Shown here piece after piece: positions 28,043-36,626 of a DNA stretch of 64,000 bases. The stretch spans positions 6,888 through 70,887 of IMG/VR virus record IMGVR_UViG_2671180612_000005. One strand, 5' to 3'. Source of the stretch: a virus (Duplodnaviria; Caudoviricetes). The position numbers were made by a program, and so were the translations under genes. How positions within the stretch are numbered: the first letter of the stretch is position 1; every line of letters starts with the position of its first letter. The notes under the pieces are model-generated. The model made no database searches. It had not been told where the DNA came from and was given only the letters and a program-made list of their open reading frames with translations.

Positions 28043-29127
28043 GCCGCTGCCTTCCATTCGCCGGCGCCCTTGCCTCGCTCGACGCGCCAAGCGCTGATGG
28101 CGGCGTCGTAGATCGTCTGCTGGAGCGCCGGATCGGCGCGCAGGTGGTCGGCCCTGTCGCGGAGCGTCCTGAACGTCGCCGTCGAGAAGGCGCCGAGATC
28201 GCAGCGGACGGTGGACGGGCGGGCGGTGAGACCCCGCTTGTCGGTGAAATCGAGGATGTCGTCGGCCTGGTCGATGGCGCCGAGTCCGAGCGGGTGCGAC
28301 GGATCCAAGATCATCGTCGCCTTGCCCTCCTTCGTCCCGCTGCCGAGCTTCGACTTCAGGCGCTGGAAGGTCATCTCCAGGCGCATCGCGGCCTCGTCGC
28401 CGAAAGCGTCCTTGCCGTAGTGCGTGAAGCCGTCCATCGAGACGGTGAAGCTGGGGAAGTAGTTGAGCCCCTCCCCGCCGGGGATCGTCCTGACGTCGCC
28501 GCGGACGACGAAACGCTGCCTGTACTGGTTCACGACCACGAGCGTGACCGTCCGGCCGGCGTTGCGGGCCTCGACGATGGCGCTGCCGACACGGGTCAGG
28601 AATTCGTTGACGAGCCTTGCGCGGACGCCTGGGATCGTGTCGCCGATCGACCGCATCGACATCGCCGACGGCATCATGGCCGCCACGCTGTCCACGATGA
28701 CGATCGAGACGTCCGAAGCCCGGACGAGCTCCTCCGACGTGTTCATGGCGTCCTCGGCCGTCTCCGGCCGCGAGAGGATCACCCTCGACGGGTCGACGCC
28801 GTGCAGGGCGGCCCATTCGAAATCCTGCGTCCCCTCGACGTCGACGCGGGCGACCTTGTGCTCCGGCCAGATCCGCTGCGCCGAGGCGGTGATACGGTCG
28901 CAGAGCGAGCTCTTCCCCGATCCCTGCCGTCCGACGACCTGAGTGATGGCGCTGGCGGGGATCCCGCCCATGCACATCCTGTCGAGCTCGTAGATCCCGG
29001 TCGGGATGTGGCGGCGGTGGTCGACGTCGGGACGGGACGCGTCGAGGATCGTGTGGCCGAGCCCGGCCCTACCGAGCTTCGCCAGGACGTCGGCGGAGGT
29101 CCGGACGGCCGGCGCCGCGGCCTTCAC
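28039..29127 (-). CDS. recA: Phage RecA/UvsX-like recombinase
   Basis: IPTGIYELD..GGIP, GRQGSGKS, DVE, IVDSVAAM, NQ.R, PGG. Confidence 0.85.
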   Translation of the reverse strand: MKAAAPAVRTSADVLAKLGRAGLGHTILDASRPDVDHRRHIPTGIYELDRMCMGGIPASAITQVVGRQGSGKSSLCDRITASAQRIWPEHKVARVDVEGTQDFEWAALHGVDPSRVILSRPETAEDAMNTSEELVRASDVSIVIVDSVAAMMPSAMSMRSIGDTIPGVRARLVNEFLTRVGSAIVEARNAGRTVTLVVVNQYRQRFVVRGDVRTIPGGEGLNYFPSFTVSMDGFTHYGKDAFGDEAAMRLEMTFQRLKSKLGSGTKEGKATMILDPSHPLGLGAIDQADDILDFTDKRGLTARPSTVRCDLGAFSTATFRTLRDRADHLRADPALQQTIYDAAISAWRVERGKGAGEWKAAA

Positions 29128-29606
29128 GGGCGCACCTGCAGGACGTGGCGGGCGATCTCCACCCGAGCCGCGTAGAGCTGCCCCGCTGGCGAGATCGCCG
29201 GGTCGAACAGCCTCCTACCGTCGACGAGGCGGTGCGCCAGGACGACGGCCTCGACGAGCCGGCCGTACACGCAGACCTCGGCGACGGTGTAGCGCGGCCG
29301 ACGGGTCGATGCCTCGACGGCCAAGGCGGAAGGCATCTGACCGTCGGCGATCCAGCGGTACAGGCTTCTGGCGGCGACGCCGAGGAGCGAGGCGAAGACG
29401 TCGACACCGACGGACAGGACCTGACGGACGGCGCCGTCGCCGAAGCGGAGGCTGCGTAGGTCGGCGTGGCGCAGGACTGCGTCGTGGTCGCAGGTGACGG
29501 GCAGGAGTGGCGAGAGGGAACGGTCCGTCGTCGAAAGGTCCAACCGCTTCGCACGGCGGCGGAGGGAGCCGAGAGCCCTGGCCCGGTATGCTGCGTCCTC
29601 CCTCAT
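29124..29606 (-). CDS. HTH (excisionase/MerR-like) protein
   Basis: FASLLGVAARSLYRWIADGQMP. Confidence 0.65.
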   Translation of the reverse strand: MREDAAYRARALGSLRRRAKRLDLSTTDRSLSPLLPVTCDHDAVLRHADLRSLRFGDGAVRQVLSVGVDVFASLLGVAARSLYRWIADGQMPSALAVEASTRRPRYTVAEVCVYGRLVEAVVLAHRLVDGRRLFDPAISPAGQLYAARVEIARHVLQVRP

Positions 29607-30177
29607 GCGACCCCCTTCGACGTTCGCGACGGAGGATACGCATGCGGATCGATACGATCAACGGTTATCGTCATACGGTCGGTTATTCTGTTCCGAAGGC
29701 TGGTCGGCTTCGCCTCCTCCCGCGATGTTCGTCATCCAGGGATAGGGCCTTCGGCCCGAGAAGAACGATGACCGGAGGAAGGGAGCGCCTCCCTGGTTCC
29801 AGCTCCCGGCTTCCTGTGGGCGATTCCGCTTCCGTTCGGACAAGGTCTCGGATTCGAACGGAAGAGGGCTGAGATCGGCTTTAAAGAGGTCGGACTACCT
29901 CTGTCCGGAGAGCGATCCTGAGGTCTCCTGGATGGCTTCCCTGCCCATCCGGGCCGCCTACGCGAGTCGGAGTCGCTGACCCCTGGAATCGACTCCGGCG
30001 ACGGTAGGTAAGATTTCGGTTTCGGAGAGGCGACTAGGACCGCCCGGCGGAGCCTACCTTCCAGCCTCCCAGGAGCCAGAGCAGCTATATGTGGAACATT
30101 TCAGCTCCAAACCGTTGATATCGTTGAATCTGACCCCTCAAAACGTGACATTCCTGCCACAGTCAGAATACACCTTT

Positions 30178-31485
30178 TCAGACGGGCTCCTCGATCCCGA
30201 TCCACGGCATCTTCGCTCGATCCGCCGCTTCCATCATGGCGTCCCTCAGGACGTCCCTCTGCGACCGCTGGACGAGGAAGGAGTCGTGGATGGGAAGGCA
30301 CGTCACGCCCTTCCTCATCAGGCTCGTCAGGACGAACTCGGCCATCTCCGCATCCCGGAGCATGAACGTCGCTCCCGCGTCCGAGAAGAACAGGTTCTCG
30401 ATCTGCCAGTGCACCTGCCGGATCCTGTTCAGGAGGCTCGTCGCCCGGATCCTCGCCTCCCTCGATCTCGGGATCGCGCCGATCCTCTTGTTCCCCGCGA
30501 CCGACTTCATCGCCTCGTCGAACGATTTGGCGTTCAGGGCGGTCATCATCGCCGCCTTGACCAGCTTCCGGTCCCAGCCGCCGCCGATGTCGTAGCTGTC
30601 TTGCGGTGGCATCAGGCCCACCATCGCGTATGCCATCGTCGGATGGATCGTCGCGTAGTCGAGCTCGCAGACCGCCTCGCCGCCGATGAGGATCTTCCGT
30701 CGCTCCGCCTTCTTCAGGACCTGCCAGGCGCCGCCGGTGGCGTAGAACCGCCCGCCGCGTGAAAGGTCGAGGTTGAAGATCCGGACGAGGCAAGCCGATC
30801 CCGTAGAGACGTCGGCCTCGCGCAGCCACTCGTTCAGTCCCTCGGCGATGCGCCGCCACTTCTTCGTCTCGGCGGTCTCCCTGAAGTCGATCAGCTCGCC
30901 CGTCTTGTCGCGAAGCTGGACGAGGCTCTTCGGATCCGGCCTCTGCGCCTTCGGAACGCCGACCTTGGCGATCACGCCGGCGACGATGTCGAGGAGCGCC
31001 TTCGTCGGGCGGAAGCAGCTCCTCCAGCCCTCGACGCCGGGCTTCTGGCGCCAGTCGTCGATCAGATCGAGGGCCTTAAGGTGCTCGATGCCCTGCATGA
31101 CCAGACGCCACGTGTAGACCTTCGACGGCTCGCGCTGCACGAATTCCGGATCGCGGAGCGCGGCGGCCTTGTCCTTGTTCCGGTCGAGGACCTTCTTCCA
31201 GACGTAGTGCTCGGCCCGGGCCGAGTAGCTGATCCAGCGGCCGCTGACCTTCGCCGCGAAATACGCCGCCAAGGCGATCGCGGCGGTCGTCTCGGCGCAT
31301 TCCAGTACCTCGCACAGGGCGAGCCAGAAGGGCCGGTGCTCGTACCGCATGGAAAGCGGGATCTGGGAGTGTTCGTACGGCTCGCCGACGGTCGGCCCGA
31401 TGTCCTCCATCGGGATCGGGAAATCCTGGTCGTCGCCGTAGGCCGGATAGAACGGAGTGGGGGAAAGGAGGGGTTGGGGGTGCAA
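30178..31485 (-). CDS. Small family-A polymerase superfamily protein (T7-RNAP-like motifs)
   Basis: RGGRFY, ELDY, RKLVKAAMMTA, IHDSF; start uncertain. Confidence 0.7.
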   Translation of the reverse strand: MHPQPLLSPTPFYPAYGDDQDFPIPMEDIGPTVGEPYEHSQIPLSMRYEHRPFWLALCEVLECAETTAAIALAAYFAAKVSGRWISYSARAEHYVWKKVLDRNKDKAAALRDPEFVQREPSKVYTWRLVMQGIEHLKALDLIDDWRQKPGVEGWRSCFRPTKALLDIVAGVIAKVGVPKAQRPDPKSLVQLRDKTGELIDFRETAETKKWRRIAEGLNEWLREADVSTGSACLVRIFNLDLSRGGRFYATGGAWQVLKKAERRKILIGGEAVCELDYATIHPTMAYAMVGLMPPQDSYDIGGGWDRKLVKAAMMTALNAKSFDEAMKSVAGNKRIGAIPRSREARIRATSLLNRIRQVHWQIENLFFSDAGATFMLRDAEMAEFVLTSLMRKGVTCLPIHDSFLVQRSQRDVLRDAMMEAADRAKMPWIGIEEPV

Positions 31486-31682
31486 TTTCTCGGCTCACTG
31501 GTGGCCGGCTGGTCAGGCCGGTTTGTAAAACGGGGTATCTCAGGACGCCCGATTCGCTCAGCATGCCGATTGTTGACGCGAGAGTCGATACCCCCTAGTA
31601 TTCCGCAGAGAATCGGGGGGTCTCACTGGCCTCCGGTCTCCGAAAGCCGCCCCCCGGATTGGTCTCCGGATCAGGGCGGCTT

Positions 31683-31919
31683 TCACATTTCGGGGTGTCG
31701 CCTCTCGTGCCGCGCCCGCGCCTTCGCGACGACGCGGATCTGGTGTTTTTCCGCCTTCAGGACGGCGAGCACGACCCGCCTGCCCCACCGTTCCTCCGCC
31801 GCCTCCCGGCCATGGCTCGCGATCAGAGACCGGACCTTCTCGGGCTTCGGGACGAAGGTCACCCTGTCGCTCCACAGGGACTCGTTGCCGTGCCAGGCGT
31901 GCAGGCTCGCATCCGACAT
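31683..31919 (-). CDS. Hypothetical protein
   Basis: GGAGG RBS, TGATG overlap. Confidence 0.55.
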   Translation of the reverse strand: MSDASLHAWHGNESLWSDRVTFVPKPEKVRSLIASHGREAAEERWGRRVVLAVLKAEKHQIRVVAKARARHERRHPEM

Positions 31920-32173
31920 CAGGACCTCCCCACCAGCTCGTCGAGCGCGCCGACCTTGGCCCGACAGTCCGCGCCGGCATCCCGCAGCCGCGCCGTCCAC
32001 GCGACGAGGTCGGCCTGGGTGGAGGCGTCCGGATCCGGGGCGCCGGGCTCTGCCGCGCAGGACCGGAGCTCGAGCGGGATGCGTTCGGCCAGCGGGACGG
32101 CCGTCGTGACCGTGCGCGTCGTCTGGCATCCCGCGAGGGCGAGCACGACGGCGATCGCCGCGACCGTCCTCAT
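31919..32173 (-). CDS. o-spanin (Rz1-like lipoprotein)
   Basis: Lipobox LAGC, Pro-rich middle, AGADCR. Confidence 0.8.
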   Translation of the reverse strand: MRTVAAIAVVLALAGCQTTRTVTTAVPLAERIPLELRSCAAEPGAPDPDASTQADLVAWTARLRDAGADCRAKVGALDELVGRS

Positions 32174-32544
32174 GCGACAGCTCCCGGCCGGTCGGGCTCG
32201 CACGTGATGCGGACGCGGTCCGGATGCGCCACCAGGGCGGGATCGGCGATGAGCTCCACCGCGACGGCCGACGCGACGAGGTGGCAGGCGTTCCGGTCTG
32301 CCGTGGAGACCCGCCGACGGATCTGACCGTCCACGAGGACGAGGAGCTGCCATACGTCCGGCCGGCGGCCGTTGAACAGTTCGTCCTGCCGGCGTACCGG
32401 CCGTGGAGATTCGGTCGGCGCCGGCGGAACCGAATCCGCGTAGGCGCTATTCACCATGGCAAGGAAGCAAGCGGCCGACGCGACGATCCCCCTGTCGCCC
32501 CGGCTCCGACCCCTCCCCCGGAGGGCCAATTCACGTTTCCGCAT
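32170..32544 (-). CDS. Hypothetical protein within lysis cassette
   Basis: ORF coupled to o-spanin start. Confidence 0.45.
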   Translation of the reverse strand: MRKRELALRGRGRSRGDRGIVASAACFLAMVNSAYADSVPPAPTESPRPVRRQDELFNGRRPDVWQLLVLVDGQIRRRVSTADRNACHLVASAVAVELIADPALVAHPDRVRITCEPDRPGAVA

Positions 32545-32602
32545 TTCGAAATGCCCTCATCTGCGAAGGCCGTCTCATTCCCCCTCGGACGGCCTTCTCG
32601 TT

Positions 32603-32956
32603 TCAGCGATCCGGACCGCGCAGGCGCCGGAGGTATTCCTTGGTGACGGGTGCGAGCGGTCCGTCCCGGGCGGTGCCCTTGGCGGCCGCGGCGGCGACAA
32701 TCGCGTCCTCGAGCTCCTTCCGGTCGCGGACGCGCTGGGCCCTCATGCCAGCGAGGACGACGTCCCGCCGGACCGCTTCGGCTTTAAGGATGGTGATGGT
32801 CTTCTCGGACTCGGCTTGCGCCCCGGCGATGCCGGCGATCTCGCTCCGGAGCGTCTTCCGTTCGGCCTGGTCGGCGCGTCCGGAGACGAAGAGGAACGCC
32901 GCGGCGACGGCCGCGACGAGGATGGCGCTCCAGTGGCGCAGCGCGAGGGCGATCAC
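32603..32956 (-). CDS. i-spanin (Rz-like)
   Basis: N-terminal TM, coiled coil, C-terminal DGPLAPV. Confidence 0.7.
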   Translation of the reverse strand: MIALALRHWSAILVAAVAAAFLFVSGRADQAERKTLRSEIAGIAGAQAESEKTITILKAEAVRRDVVLAGMRAQRVRDRKELEDAIVAAAAAKGTARDGPLAPVTKEYLRRLRGPDR

Positions 32957-33201
32957 GCGGCGCTCCGATGCCGGCGGACGGCCTCGACGAGCGCGGCTTG
33001 GGCGGCCGGCTGTGTCATTCGGCTCCACGACCTGTCCTCGAGGACGGCGATCGCCTCGCACGGCGTGAGACCGCCGCGGGCGTCGAGACGGTCGAGCGTC
33101 TGATGGTGGTTCACCTGCGCCTGCGCTTCGTGCGGCGCGATCATCGACCATGGGATCGACGGGACGGCGCGGTCCAAGATCGCGAAGAGACGGTCGCTCA
33201 T
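32953..33201 (-). CDS. Small phage hypothetical protein
   Basis: IPW..IAPHEAQA..NH.QTL.RL..RGGL. Confidence 0.7.
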   Translation of the reverse strand: MSDRLFAILDRAVPSIPWSMIAPHEAQAQVNHHQTLDRLDARGGLTPCEAIAVLEDRSWSRMTQPAAQAALVEAVRRHRSAA

Positions 33202-33737
33202 CCGGCGATCCCTTCCAGACAGAGCTTCCGCTCCTCGACCCGGCGCCTGGTCAGGCCCTTCACCTCGCGGCCGCCGGCGCGGTTCCATCGCAGGAGGGCG
33301 TCGCACGCGCCGCGGACGTCGCCTGCGTTGATGCGCTTGGCCATGGAGCTTCCGCAGAAGCCGCGCTGGCCGTAGCCGACGTTGTAGGTGACGGAGAGCA
33401 TCGCCACCCTCACCTTCACCGGTAGGGTCTCGGGCGAGACGAGGCAGGCGTTCATACCCTTCTCGAAGGTCAGGAGGCTAGCCACGAGCATGTCGTCGCA
33501 TTCCGCCTTCGTGCGGCTGTCGCCCATCTTCACGCCGCGGGTCTCGCCGTAGCAGACGGTCGGGATGCCCACGATGTCCTTGTAGGCTTCCGTCCGGAGG
33601 CCCTCGAAGTCTCCGATCAGCGCGACCGCCATCGCTGTCATCGCGGCGCCGCCGGTCAGGACGCGACCGGAGGTGGTCTTCGGCACGATCTTGGGCACCG
33701 CCTTCGGCGCCGACTTGAAGAGATCCAGGATCCTCAC
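33198..33737 (-). CDS. GH24 lysozyme (endolysin, possibly SAR type)
   Basis: FEG-8-D-5-T (FEGLRTEAYKDIVGIPTVCYG), YNVG, GLTRRR..E. Confidence 0.92.
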   Translation of the reverse strand: MRILDLFKSAPKAVPKIVPKTTSGRVLTGGAAMTAMAVALIGDFEGLRTEAYKDIVGIPTVCYGETRGVKMGDSRTKAECDDMLVASLLTFEKGMNACLVSPETLPVKVRVAMLSVTYNVGYGQRGFCGSSMAKRINAGDVRGACDALLRWNRAGGREVKGLTRRRVEERKLCLEGIAG

Positions 33738-33958
33738 TGCTGCTTTCCCCCGTTCGACAGATTGGCTTGGGCGACCAGCCTCGCGACGAAGGCACCGCCG
33801 GCGGCCGCGCCCCCGAGGAGTCCCAGGAGGTGGTCGGGAATGACGTCGGTGAAGAAGGGCAGCGCGTACTCGGCGACCGAGAGCAGGAAGGCCGCGCCCA
33901 TGAAGCGGATCGACCAAGCCTTCCGGAGGATGGACTTCCAGTCCTCGACGAACCTCAT
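33734..33958 (-). CDS. Holin
   Basis: DWK..LRKAWSIRF, 2 TM, ARLVAQ; directly upstream of endolysin. Confidence 0.75.
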   Translation of the reverse strand: MRFVEDWKSILRKAWSIRFMGAAFLLSVAEYALPFFTDVIPDHLLGLLGGAAAGGAFVARLVAQANLSNGGKQQ

Positions 33959-34410
33959 GGCGTTCTCTCCCACCCCTGCAGGCCCTTCCCGAGGACGTCC
34001 CTGCATGCGAGCTCGAGGAGCGCCGTCGCGGTCGCCTCCGCGTCGCTCGTAAATCTTCCAAAGACGAATTGCTGATGGTCGTGGGCGGCCTTCAGCCACC
34101 CGTCGCGGGTCATCCACGTGTCCGCCGAGAACCGCCGGCGGAACTCCTTCGAGCCGACGTGAACGAGGTCGACGCCGCACAACCCGCAGAGCGTCCGAAG
34201 CAACGTCAGCATCGGCACGGTCGCCCGTCCGGACCAGACGACGAAGCGGGCGACGTCGACGGCTTCGAACATCTGCGCGTAGGCGCGGGCCAGCGTCCGT
34301 GGATCGGCGGCGTCGTCGACGAGGATCTCCCTCGTCGACCTCATCCGACCGTAGTACTCGGTCGCGACACCGATGGTGCCGTCGCCGAAATGGATGGCTG
34401 ACCCCTTCAC
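33955..34410 (-). CDS. Hypothetical protein (possibly degenerate RuvC-like)
   Basis: GTG start with GGGGGA RBS; coupled to holin. Confidence 0.5.
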   Translation of the reverse strand: MKGSAIHFGDGTIGVATEYYGRMRSTREILVDDAADPRTLARAYAQMFEAVDVARFVVWSGRATVPMLTLLRTLCGLCGVDLVHVGSKEFRRRFSADTWMTRDGWLKAAHDHQQFVFGRFTSDAEATATALLELACRDVLGKGLQGWERTP

Positions 34411-34495
34411 GCATCCCCCGATGCAAACAGGTCCCCCGACCTGATGTGGGATGGATACGTGTCGTCCTAACCTACTACAAGGGTTAGTTTTTCCG

Positions 34496-34918
34496 TTAAG
34501 AAGCGAGACTCCGGCGGTGACGGTCGCGGGCGGTCCGGCGACGGTCGGCGAGGGTCACTGGCGGCTCCTGGACGCGTGCCCGGCAGACGACGTCCCAGTA
34601 CGTTTCCGCCTTGCCGGTCAGGTCCTGGTACCGCTTTGCGACGGACGGATGCATGTCCGCGAACTTCAGGCGGTCGGACAGTTTAAGGACGACGGGATCG
34701 ACCCAACGCTCGCGAGAAAGGGCTCCGGTGCGGCCGGCCTTCTCCATCGCCTCGAGTCCGGTCCCGATCTGCGAGACGAGGTATTCCCGCGAAACGACGA
34801 CCCCCTTCCGGGCCAGGTGCTGCAACAAATCCGCGACCGTAAGCCTTCCCGTCAGAACGTCTTGCTGGATCAGAGGGGACAAATCATGGATCACGTGCTC
34901 GATCAATTTCGCGCCCAC
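34496..34918 (-). CDS. Hypothetical protein (lower GC)
   Basis: 3' part of a long ORF; GTG start after the bidirectional promoter. Confidence 0.45.
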   Translation of the reverse strand: MGAKLIEHVIHDLSPLIQQDVLTGRLTVADLLQHLARKGVVVSREYLVSQIGTGLEAMEKAGRTGALSRERWVDPVVLKLSDRLKFADMHPSVAKRYQDLTGKAETYWDVVCRARVQEPPVTLADRRRTARDRHRRSLAS

Positions 34919-34934
34919 CTCGTAAACACTCCAG

Positions 34935-34984
34935 TTCGAGTTCGCCCTACGCGCATGTATACCCGTCGGCAGGGGGAACTCGAA
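34935..34984. promoter_or_regulatory. Bidirectional late promoter
   Basis: TTCGAG-N17-TATAC on both strands, centred on GTATAC. Confidence 0.7.
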
Positions 34985-34987
34985 ACG

Positions 34988-35464
34988 ATGTCCGACACCA
35001 CACTCATCAGAACCGTGCCGCCGCACCCGCAGCGGACCATGGAATGGTATGCGGCCTTGGCCTTGATCGGCTGGGGCCTGGTACTTCTGCAGCCGCAGTC
35101 GCTTTTCCAGCGCGAAGCCTTCCAGGCGTTCGGCCACGTCGTGGCGGAGAACGCGCTCGGGTGGACCATGCTCGCCGTCGGCATCATGCGCGCCGCCGCG
35201 CTCTACGTGAACGGCCGCTGGCGGAGGACGCCCTTCTTCCGCGCCGCCGGCGCGATGGTGGGATCGGCAATCTGGTGCGGCCTCGTCGCCCTTTTCGTCG
35301 CGACCGACGTCTCGGTCTTCGTCCAGCGAGGCGGGACCCTCTCGACGTTCTTCTGGGACTACCAGACCTCCACCGCCATCGTCGTCTACGGCCTCCTGGC
35401 CGCATTCGAGAGCCTCAGCGCGTACCGCTGTGGCAAGGACATCGTCCGCGTCTCCCGACGCTGA
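34988..35464 (+). CDS. Phage membrane protein (4 TM)
   Basis: R..EW..A..LIGWG...VNGRWRRTP..R. Confidence 0.75.
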   Translation: MSDTTLIRTVPPHPQRTMEWYAALALIGWGLVLLQPQSLFQREAFQAFGHVVAENALGWTMLAVGIMRAAALYVNGRWRRTPFFRAAGAMVGSAIWCGLVALFVATDVSVFVQRGGTLSTFFWDYQTSTAIVVYGLLAAFESLSAYRCGKDIVRVSRR

Positions 35465-35491
35465 TCGCATTCGCATAGGGGGAGCGAAGAC

Positions 35492-35812
35492 ATGTTGGGC
35501 ATTCCGAACGAACTCTGGGTCGTGCTGTTGGGCACGGCGCTGCCGGCGCTTTTCGTGTTCCTGGGCACGGTCGTGCAGAAGCGCCGGCCCGATCCGATCG
35601 GCACCGCGGCCATCCGCCAGGAGCCGATCTACGTGATGGCGGCCGGCGACCGCGTGGTGTTCGAGGGCATCCGCGACGCCATCCAAGGTGTTGTCGACTG
35701 CGTCGAGGACGGCGGCCGCACTGCGAAGCGCGGCATCGACGCGGTGGAGGATCTGGCGCGGGCGATCGAGCTGCTCGCGGCGGAAGCGCGGGCGAGGCGC
35801 GTCAATGTCTAG
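35492..35812 (+). CDS. Small membrane-anchored protein
   Basis: N-terminal TM, GGGGAG RBS. Confidence 0.65.
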   Translation: MLGIPNELWVVLLGTALPALFVFLGTVVQKRRPDPIGTAAIRQEPIYVMAAGDRVVFEGIRDAIQGVVDCVEDGGRTAKRGIDAVEDLARAIELLAAEARARRVNV

Positions 35813-36572
35813 GAAGCTCGCCAACGACTATCGACGCGCCCGCATCCAGCGGCGCGTCGCCGCCGGCGACGATCCCGAACAGATCCAGAAGGACGAGGCC
35901 GCCGCCTACGTCGGCATCGATCAGGTCGTGCCGTCGGAAGCGCAGCTCTATTCCGTCTACGAGTTCGCGAGCGAGCACGAGGAGAACGCCCGGATCTACG
36001 AGCTGTTCGAGACGCAGGTCGGCGTCGCGGTCCTGTCCGGCATGACGGAGGACCAGATGGCGGCCTGCGTGCTCTCGCCGACGGACGGCCTGCCGATCTC
36101 GACGTCGCGCTTCCTGGACATCTTCGGGGACTACCTGGAGCACGCCGAGGCGCGGATCATCCTGCGCAACAACTCGGAGCTCTTCCAGACCGCCCTGACC
36201 GGCGAGAAGGGCGACCGCGTCAGGGCGCAGGTCTTCATCGCGGAGAGGAAGGCGGGCTGGATACAGAAGAAGGAGACCAAGGCCGAGATCACGCTGCAGG
36301 CCAAGATCGAGACCGAGGAACGCGTCACGGTGACCCGCACGAACGTCTTCGCCGCCCTCGACAAGCTCGCCGACCAGCTGCGCGACAGCGGCAAGACGAT
36401 CGACGCCGAGGGCTTCCTGCGCGACGCCGATGCGGAGAACGCGCTGATCCCGACACTGACCGCCTTCGACGACGGCCTCTCGAACGGCAAGGCCACGATG
36501 CTGAACGTGAAGAAGACGGCGGTCCTCCCGCCCCTTCCGAAGAAGCCGAAGTGGGACGCCGAAGCGAAGTAG
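35805..36572 (+). CDS. Putative terminase small subunit
   Basis: Directly upstream of TerL; LFQTA..G..RAQVF...KAGW. Confidence 0.65.
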   Translation: MSRKLANDYRRARIQRRVAAGDDPEQIQKDEAAAYVGIDQVVPSEAQLYSVYEFASEHEENARIYELFETQVGVAVLSGMTEDQMAACVLSPTDGLPISTSRFLDIFGDYLEHAEARIILRNNSELFQTALTGEKGDRVRAQVFIAERKAGWIQKKETKAEITLQAKIETEERVTVTRTNVFAALDKLADQLRDSGKTIDAEGFLRDADAENALIPTLTAFDDGLSNGKATMLNVKKTAVLPPLPKKPKWDAEAK

Positions 36573-36576
36573 GCGC

Positions 36577-36605
36577 TTCGAGATGGATCATCCGCTCGCT
36601 ACAAT
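36577..36605 (+). promoter_or_regulatory. Late promoter motif
   Basis: TTCGAG-N17-TACAAT. Confidence 0.7.
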
Positions 36606-36626
36606 GGCGTAACGGGGGATTTTACG

